Origin: Vicinamibacterales bacterium | Lineage (GTDB): Bacteria > Acidobacteriota > Vicinamibacteria > Vicinamibacterales > UBA8438 | NCBI GenBank assembly: GCA_965116765.1 | Contig: OZ220718.1 | Coordinates: 4,096,848 to 4,160,847, forward strand | Direction: 5' to 3' | DNA: 64,000 bases | Shown: positions 58,190 to 64,000 of the stretch, in pieces | Layout of the letters: the number at the start of each line of letters is the position of its first letter | How positions within the stretch are numbered: the first letter of the stretch is position 1 | Translations under genes and position numbers: made by a program | The notes under the pieces: model-generated | Databases searched by the model: none | What the model saw: the letters and a program-made list of their open reading frames with translations, nothing else | Told to the model about the DNA's origin: nothing

Positions 58190-59359
58190 TCACAGCCGAT
58201 CCTGCCACAGCTCCGCCAGGAAGAACTCGAGCGGCCAGACCTCGATGCCCCGTTCGAGGCGCGGGCGGTCTTCGCGGCAGACGATGATCGAACGCTCGAC
58301 GAGTCCCTCGTCCGCGAGGGCGAGCAGGCCCCGCAGATGCTTCTGCTGTACTCGGCGCGTCGCCTTGGCCTCGATTGCGACCCGGTCGTCGAGGATGAAG
58401 TCGACCTCGTGGCCGGATCGGGAACGCCAGAAGGCGATCGGTGTGCGGGGCCGCCGGTAGTCTATCCAGGCGCGGAGCTCCATGAACACGTAGTGCTCGA
58501 AGAGCTCGCCGAAGTCGGCGGACGTCTCGCCGATACGGGGCAGGCGGCGCAGCGCCCGCACGACGCCGGTGTCGAAGAAGTAGAACTTGGCCGTCTCGAC
58601 CGCCTTGCGCCGGGCGGTGCGCGTCCAGGCCGGCAGGTCGAACGCGATCAGCGTGTCGCGCAGCACCGCGTACCACTGCACGACGGTCTGGCGGGGCACC
58701 TGGGCGTCCCGCGCCACGTTCGAGTAGTTGAGGATCTGCGCGTTGGTCAACGCCGCCGTCTGCAGGAAGCGGGCGAAGCCGGGCAGGCTGCGTGCGAGGC
58801 CCTCGGCCGCGATCTCCTCGGTCAGATAGCGATCGACGTACGACGCGAGGCCCTCGTCGGGGTCGTCGGACAGGTAGTGCGGCGGGAGCAGACCGTGATT
58901 GAGGGCCCGGTCGAGGGAGAACCGGTCGCGGATCTCCGTCCACGAGAACGGGTGCATGACGCGGTCGCTCCCGCGCCCGCCGAGCATGTTGACGCCGCCG
59001 CGCTTCAGCGCCCGCGCGCTCGACCCGGTGAGGAGGAAGCGGATGCCGCGTTCCTCGATCATCAGATGCACTTCGTCCATCAGGGGCGGGCACTTCTGGA
59101 TCTCGTCGATGCAGACCACCGTATCGCGCAGGCCGCGCGCCTCGATCTCCCGCCGGATGCGGGTCGGATCGGCCAGGACCGCGGTCAGCAGCCCCTGATC
59201 GAGGAGAGAGAACGTCGGCGCCACCGTGCGGTCGAGCTGGCGCCGGACGTACGTGGTCTTCCCGGTCTGCCGGGGCCCGAACAGGAGCACCGAGCGCCGG
59301 GCCAGGAGACGTTCGATGTCCAGATGCCGCGGAATCCACGGCATGGTGCTGTCAGACAT
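58190..59359 (-). CDS. ATP-binding protein, AAA_14 + DUF4143 type (paralog of 14566..15789)
   Basis: VLLFGPRQTGKTT and VCIDEIQKCP, with a DUF4143-like C-terminus. Alternative start at 59344 (MPWIPRHL). Confidence 0.8.
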   Translation of the reverse strand: MSDSTMPWIPRHLDIERLLARRSVLLFGPRQTGKTTYVRRQLDRTVAPTFSLLDQGLLTAVLADPTRIRREIEARGLRDTVVCIDEIQKCPPLMDEVHLMIEERGIRFLLTGSSARALKRGGVNMLGGRGSDRVMHPFSWTEIRDRFSLDRALNHGLLPPHYLSDDPDEGLASYVDRYLTEEIAAEGLARSLPGFARFLQTAALTNAQILNYSNVARDAQVPRQTVVQWYAVLRDTLIAFDLPAWTRTARRKAVETAKFYFFDTGVVRALRRLPRIGETSADFGELFEHYVFMELRAWIDYRRPRTPIAFWRSRSGHEVDFILDDRVAIEAKATRRVQQKHLRGLLALADEGLVERSIIVCREDRPRLERGIEVWPLEFFLAELWQDRL

Positions 59360-59390
59360 GGCAATAAATCATGATAATCGCTATGTCTGA
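59352..59390. promoter_or_regulatory. 8-bp perfect inverted repeat (TCAGACAT / ATGTCTGA) around an AT-rich 23-nt spacer, overlapping the first ATG
   Basis: Read directly. The spacer GCAATAAATCATGATAATCGCT is the most AT-rich spot in this neighbourhood. Confidence 0.4.
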
Positions 59391-59488
59391 TGGCAGCAAG
59401 CCGGCGAGATACGGCGTTGTCGGCCCGATTCGGGCGCCAAGCCGAGGGGAGGACGCGGCAATGGAGCCAGCGGAATCGCCGGCCGGCC

Positions 59489-61036
59489 TCATGCCGACGC
59501 CACGTCGAACGCTGCGATCGTCCGCGTCTCGCGGCTGAACTCGATGCCGACGAGGTGGATGGGCGCGCCGCGGCCGCGGTACTTGTCCGCGTAGCCCCTG
59601 GCCTTCAACTGCGACAGCGCCGAGCCGGCGCCCGCCAGCTCCGTCACCTTGAACTCGAAGACGTACACCGCCCCGCCGAAGCGCAGCGTCAGGTCCGCGC
59701 GCCCGCGGGCGCTGCTGTCCTCGGCCACCACGTCGAACCCGAGAGCGGCGAGGCACGAGTAGAACACGCTGGCGTAGTACCCCTCGTAGTCGGCGATGTC
59801 GTTCCGTACGTGCCACTGGTGCGGCATGCCGTCGAAATGGGCCTGGATCAGCTCTCTCAGCCCGGCGAAGTCGTTCGTCCCCAGCAGCTCCCGGAACCGC
59901 GCGCCGTTCGAGAGCTGGGCCGAGGCGTTCGGAGCCAGGGCGTCCAGCAGGCTCTCGTTCAGGCTCTGGCGCACCTCCTGGTTCGGATAGCCCAGGCGGT
60001 AGCGGGCCAGGCCTCCCGCGTCCCGCTCGACCCCCTTGATGGTCAGATAGCCCGACTGGAAGAGCAGCGCCTCGGTGCCGACGTCGCCCACGTCGAACTT
60101 CGACAGCAGCGAGCGGTCGCCGGTCATCCCCTCCAGGTCGAGCGAGCTCACCCGGCGCTCCCGCAACGTGTTCACCAGGAAGGCCGGCGTGCCGGTCTCG
60201 AACCAGTGGGCCTCGAACTCGCGCTGTCTGAACAGCAGGAGCACGTCGTAGGGGTTGTAGACGTTCTCCTTGCCCAGCCAGTTGTAGCCGTCGTACCAGC
60301 GCCGGATCCGCGCGCGGTCGAGACCCGGCAGCTCGGGCGCGAACACGGTCTCCAGGTCCTCCTCGGTATAGCCGCAGACGGCGGAGTACGACGGGTTCAG
60401 CGTCAGATCTTCCGGGCTGTTGAGGCCCGAGAACATGCCGGCCTTCGAGAAGCCGCTGACGCCGGTGAGGAAGCTGAACCGGACGTGCGCGTCGCAGTCC
60501 TTGATGGTCCCGTAGAGCCCGCGCAGCAGGTTGCGGTTGCGGCGGGCGAGCTCGGGGTCCTCGAGGGCGTCGAGGATCGGCTTGTCGTACTCGTCCACCA
60601 GCACCACCACGCCCCGGCCGGTGCGTTCGTGCAACGCCGCGATCAGACGCCGCAGGCGCACCGGCGCGCTGGCCGTCCGCACCGGGACGCCAGCGCGTTC
60701 CTCGTGGGCCTCCAGCTGATCCGCGAGGTCCTCCTGCAGATAGCCGGGCTGCGTGAAGTCGCCCGCCCCGAAGCTCAGCCGGACCACGGCATGGCTGACC
60801 GACCAGTCCCACCGGTCGTGGACGGCCAGGCCGCGGAACAGCGGCTCGCTGCCCTCGAACAGCTCCTTCAGCGTGTCGAGAAACAGGCTCTTGCCGAACC
60901 GCCGGGGCCGCGAGAGGAAGTAGCGGCCTCCCTCGTCCGCCAGGCGCTTCGCGTAGCCGGTCTTGTCGACGTAGTAGCAGCCCTGCTCCCGAAGCGTGCG
61001 GAAGGTCTGGATGCCGATGGGAAGCTTGCGTTTCAT
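59489..61036 (-). CDS. Predicted AAA-ATPase (PF09820-like) fused to a PD-(D/E)XK nuclease-like C-terminus (DUF1703-like)
   Basis: MKRKLPIGIQTFRTLREQGCYYVDKTGY...LSRPRRFGKSLFLDTL is the hallmark N-terminus. The C-terminus reads ...DVVAEDSSARGRADLTLRFGGAVYVFEFK. Confidence 0.8.
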   Translation of the reverse strand: MKRKLPIGIQTFRTLREQGCYYVDKTGYAKRLADEGGRYFLSRPRRFGKSLFLDTLKELFEGSEPLFRGLAVHDRWDWSVSHAVVRLSFGAGDFTQPGYLQEDLADQLEAHEERAGVPVRTASAPVRLRRLIAALHERTGRGVVVLVDEYDKPILDALEDPELARRNRNLLRGLYGTIKDCDAHVRFSFLTGVSGFSKAGMFSGLNSPEDLTLNPSYSAVCGYTEEDLETVFAPELPGLDRARIRRWYDGYNWLGKENVYNPYDVLLLFRQREFEAHWFETGTPAFLVNTLRERRVSSLDLEGMTGDRSLLSKFDVGDVGTEALLFQSGYLTIKGVERDAGGLARYRLGYPNQEVRQSLNESLLDALAPNASAQLSNGARFRELLGTNDFAGLRELIQAHFDGMPHQWHVRNDIADYEGYYASVFYSCLAALGFDVVAEDSSARGRADLTLRFGGAVYVFEFKVTELAGAGSALSQLKARGYADKYRGRGAPIHLVGIEFSRETRTIAAFDVASA

Positions 61037-61057
61037 CGAGGCGCCGCCGCCACCTCC

Positions 61058-62837
61058 CTACTCCGGCAAGGCGAACACGAACAGCGTGTTGCCGGCGCTC
61101 GGGCGCAGCTCGGGGGTCAGGCGGTTGAAGGCGCCGGAGGTCAGCGAGCGGCCGGTGCTGACCGCGACGTACTGGCGCCCCTCGTGGGCGTAGGTGACGG
61201 GGAAGCCGGTGACCGGCGAGCCGATGTTGATCTCCGGTCACCGGCCGACCCGCCCAGAGGACCTCGCCGGTCTCGTGGTCGAGGGCGCGGAAGCGGCCGT
61301 TGTAGTCGCCGCCGAAGACGAGGCCGCCGCCGGTGGCCATGAGCGAGCTGGTGGCGGCGCGCTGCTCGTGAATCCACAGCAGCTCGCCGGTCTCGGCGGA
61401 GATGGCCTGGACGGTGCCGACCTGGTCGGTGCCGGGGGCGATCTCGCTGCGGACGCCGAGCCCGTAGAGGGAGCCGTCGTTGGTCGCCATGATGCGCGCG
61501 CAGGCGTTGCGCAGGGGGAAGTACATGGCGTTGGTGAGGGGGCTGTAGGCGCCGGGCTCCCAGTCCTTGCCGCCGGTGAGGGTCGGGCACGCGAAGACCT
61601 CCTGGCCCTCGCGGCGGAACACGACCTCCTGGTTCTCGGAGACGGCGCCGGTCGCGCCGTCGATGCCGCCCACCACGTTCTGGGCCACCGTGGGCCGCGC
61701 CCACAGGAACTCGCCGGTGGCGCGGTCGAGGGTGTAGACGATGCCGGTCTTGCCGGGGATGCCGGTCATGACCCGGCGCACCTCGCCCGGCTGCAGGCGG
61801 GGGTTGATCCACTCGACCGCCTCCGGGTTCGGGGTCACCGCGGTGTCGACGAGGATGCGCTCGAACGGGTGGTCGAGGTCCCAGCTGTCGTTGAGGTGCT
61901 GGTAGTACCAGACGATCTCGCCGGTGTCGGCGTCGAGGGCGAGGGTCGAGTTGTGGTAGAGGTGCTGCAGGTCGGCCCCGCCGATGAGGAACTTGGGGGC
62001 CGGCGAGGTCACCGAGGTGCCGATGTAGACGAGGTTCAGCTCGGGGTCGTAGCTGGGGACCATCCACGCGCCGACGTGCTTGCGCTCCTCGAACGGCACC
62101 CCGCCCCACGTCTCGTCGCCGGGCTCGCCGGGGGCGGGGATGGTGCGCCGCCGCCACAGCTCCTCGCCGGTGACGGCGTCGTGGGCGACGATGACGCAGG
62201 CGTTCGGGCCGCCCCGCGGGGTGCAGCCGCGGCCCGACACGATCTTGCCGTTGGCGATGATGGGGCCCGAGCTCTGGTTGGCGGGGTTCACCCGGTAGTC
62301 GAGGATCCGGGTCTCCCACGCCAGCTCGCCGGTGGCCGCGTCGAGGGCGAACACGTAGTCGTCGCCGCTCGTGTCGATGATGTGGGTGCCATAGATGGCG
62401 AGGTTCCGGTTGAGGTCGGTGAGGGCCCCGAGCATGTAGTCCCGGAGGTCGTCGGGCAGGTCCCGCCGGTACTCCCAGAGGAGGTCGCCGGTGGCGGCGT
62501 CGATGGCCTGGATGACGTCGCGCGGGTTCGGCATGTACATCACGCCGTCGTGCACGAGGGGGGTGCCCTGCTGCAGCCCCGGCCCGAGACCGCGCGACCA
62601 CACCATGCGCAGGTCGCCGACGTTGCCGCGGTCGATCTGGTCCAGCGGGCTGTAGCCCCAGCCGTCGAGGGTGCGCCGCCACATCAGCCAGTCGTCGGCC
62701 GGCGGGTCCTGCAGGATGGCGTCGGTGACGGGGGCGATCCCGGTGTCCTGGCCGTGCGCAAGACCGCTGGCCGACGCGAGCAGGACCGCGGTGAGCGACA
62801 GGACGCGCGCGGCGACTCCGGAGCGTGAAGCGAGCAT
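61058..62837 (-). CDS. PQQ-dependent dehydrogenase (methanol/ethanol family); one frameshift near 61240
   Basis: Signal peptide. WLMWRRTLDGWGYSPLDQI and repeated W-motif propeller blades. After ...ALDHETGEVLW the frame shifts to ...INIGSPVTGFPVTYAHEGRQYVAVSTG...FALPE*. Confidence 0.8.
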
Positions 62838-62883
62838 CTCGACCCCCTCGACGTTCATCGTCGGCCGGTCGGTACGGCCGGTT

Positions 62884-63327
62884 TCATGGTTGCTGCCGCT
62901 CGCAGAACGCCTTTACCGAGTCCATGTCCTGCTCGACCGCCTTCCGGACCGCGCCGATGACGAGCGGCAGTGTCATCCGGGCGCTCGTGGTCAGGGGTCT
63001 GGCGTCCATCACCATCTTGAGCTCGGTCCCCTCTCCGTCGGGGGCGACCGTGAAGACGGTGTCCCAATGCGCACCGCCCGCCTCGGACGCGATGCGCACC
63101 CGCTCGTTCTCGACGTACTCGGTGACCTCGAGCTCGGTCGACGCCTCGTGCCCCATCATCATGCGGGTCTCGCGGAAACGCGCGCCGACGCCCGATTTCA
63201 CCTCCGAGAGGAACTCGACGCGCAGGATGTGCGGCACCGCCTGAGAGAACTGCTCGATGTGCGCTACGGTGCGGAACACTGCGTCGGCGGACGCATCGAT
63301 CCGCCGGGTCACGGTCACGTTCGCCAC
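62884..63327 (-). CDS. SRPBCC (START/polyketide-cyclase-like) family protein
   Basis: MANVTVTRRIDASADAVFRTVAHIEQFSQAVPHI... 147 aa. Confidence 0.75.
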   Translation of the reverse strand: MANVTVTRRIDASADAVFRTVAHIEQFSQAVPHILRVEFLSEVKSGVGARFRETRMMMGHEASTELEVTEYVENERVRIASEAGGAHWDTVFTVAPDGEGTELKMVMDARPLTTSARMTLPLVIGAVRKAVEQDMDSVKAFCERQQP

Positions 63328-63443
63328 GGCGTCTCCCGTCTCTCCGTCTCTATCCGCGATAGTGCGTACGACCCAGGGCAGTGCTTACGCCACGACGGTA
63401 TCCGTCTCGGGGATCGCCGCCGTCCGTCCGGCACCGAGCCAGG

Positions 63444-64000
63444 TCACTGGTAGTCCGCCGCGCGCAGCGACACGCGGATGATCTCGTTGTCGTTCCGGTG
63501 CACGATGTGGCCGTTGGCGTAGGCCGGGTGCGACCAGTTCACCGGCCGGGCGAACCGCCGGGTGGGGCCGAAGGCGGCGTCGCTGGTCGCCTCGATGAGC
63601 TTGATGCGGCCGTGCTCGACGTAGCCCTCGGGCGTGAACTGCGCCATGATGAGGAAGCCGTCGTCGTTCACGACGAAGTAGCGGTCGCCGTGCTTCACCA
63701 TGAACGCGGTGCCCCAGCGGGCCTGCGCGGTCATCTCGTCGCTCATCCACAGCCGCTCGCCGGTGCGGGCGTCGAGGCCCCGCAGCTCGCCGTAGCTGCC
63801 GACGCCGTAGAAGTAGTCGCCCTCGATGAGCGGCGTCGTGATCAGGGCGTGCAGCCCGTCGGTCTCGCCGGGCATCTCGCTCCGGCTCTGGCCGCGCCAC
63901 AGCAGCGTCGCGTCGGGCCGGTCCTGGTTGAGCTGCATCATCATCGACCCGCGGTAGAACTGGGACACCAGCAGGTAGTTGCCGCTGACCACGGGGGTCG
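63444..64000 (-). CDS. PQQ-like beta-propeller repeat protein (partial; N-terminus beyond the window)
   Basis: ...GELRGLDARTGERLWMSD...PAYANGHIVHRNDNEIIRVSL shows propeller-blade motifs. The ORF runs off the right edge. Confidence 0.65.
   Translation of the reverse strand, partial: TPVVSGNYLLVSQFYRGSMMMQLNQDRPDATLLWRGQSRSEMPGETDGLHALITTPLIEGDYFYGVGSYGELRGLDARTGERLWMSDEMTAQARWGTAFMVKHGDRYFVVNDDGFLIMAQFTPEGYVEHGRIKLIEATSDAAFGPTRRFARPVNWSHPAYANGHIVHRNDNEIIRVSLRAADYQ

Overview
This is a very GC-rich bacterial chromosomal segment. GC content was judged by eye, not computed. TolC-type, beta-barrel, Tat and TRAP genes indicate a diderm; the phylum cannot be assigned from the sequence alone.

Gene content, left to right:
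- 1-8.2 kb: a defence and toxin-antitoxin island built around a type I restriction hsdR. It holds a broken fic, a hicA'B / AAA+ ATPase / FRG-domain cassette, antitoxin debris, an hsdR whose C-terminus runs into an AlbA_2 (Schlafen-type) domain, and a phd-parE cassette.
- 8.2-14.1 kb: an MBL-hydrolase fragment, a LeuC/LeuD-like dehydratase set whose large subunit carries a Tat-type signal, and the intact MBL paralog.
- 14.5-16.1 kb: a DUF4143-type ATPase and an orphan RHH gene.
- 16.3-24.3 kb: a TRAP transporter plus an aromatic-type catabolic cluster (VOC, DUF2783, FAD monooxygenase, MBL, fumarylacetoacetase).
- 24.6-28.7 kb: a beta-barrel protein, a NapC/NirT tetrahaem cytochrome, a Tat-MBL and a secreted repeat protein.
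- 28.8-30.1 kb: a gene-poor patch of remnants.
- 30.1-38.1 kb: a partly decayed nitrate/nitrite assimilation cluster with an alginate-export-type porin.
- 38.4-46.8 kb: an SSS transporter and a cusCBA-like RND efflux operon.
- 46.8-54.8 kb: ectR-ectABCD, divergent from ehuBCDA and a methyltransferase.
- 55-64 kb: a dienelactone hydrolase, a secreted protein, a mazEF plus two-ATPase islet, a PQQ dehydrogenase, an SRPBCC protein and a beta-propeller protein.

I recognised no rRNA, tRNA, CRISPR array, integrase or transposase.

Three signals stand out:
1. An IetA-like AAA+ ATPase overlaps an FRG-domain gene inside the R-M island. This is the best candidate for an undescribed defence pair.
2. Short tandem duplications (54-106 bp) that copy gene start or stop junctions recur at four operon junctions.
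3. About nine single-base frameshifts occur; at least three of them (hsdR, the FRG gene and the porin) sit at short homopolymers, which points to sequencing indels rather than true pseudogenes.

Many long Arg/Pro/Ala-rich ORFs in the track are off-frame or antisense artefacts of the GC bias and are not reported as genes.
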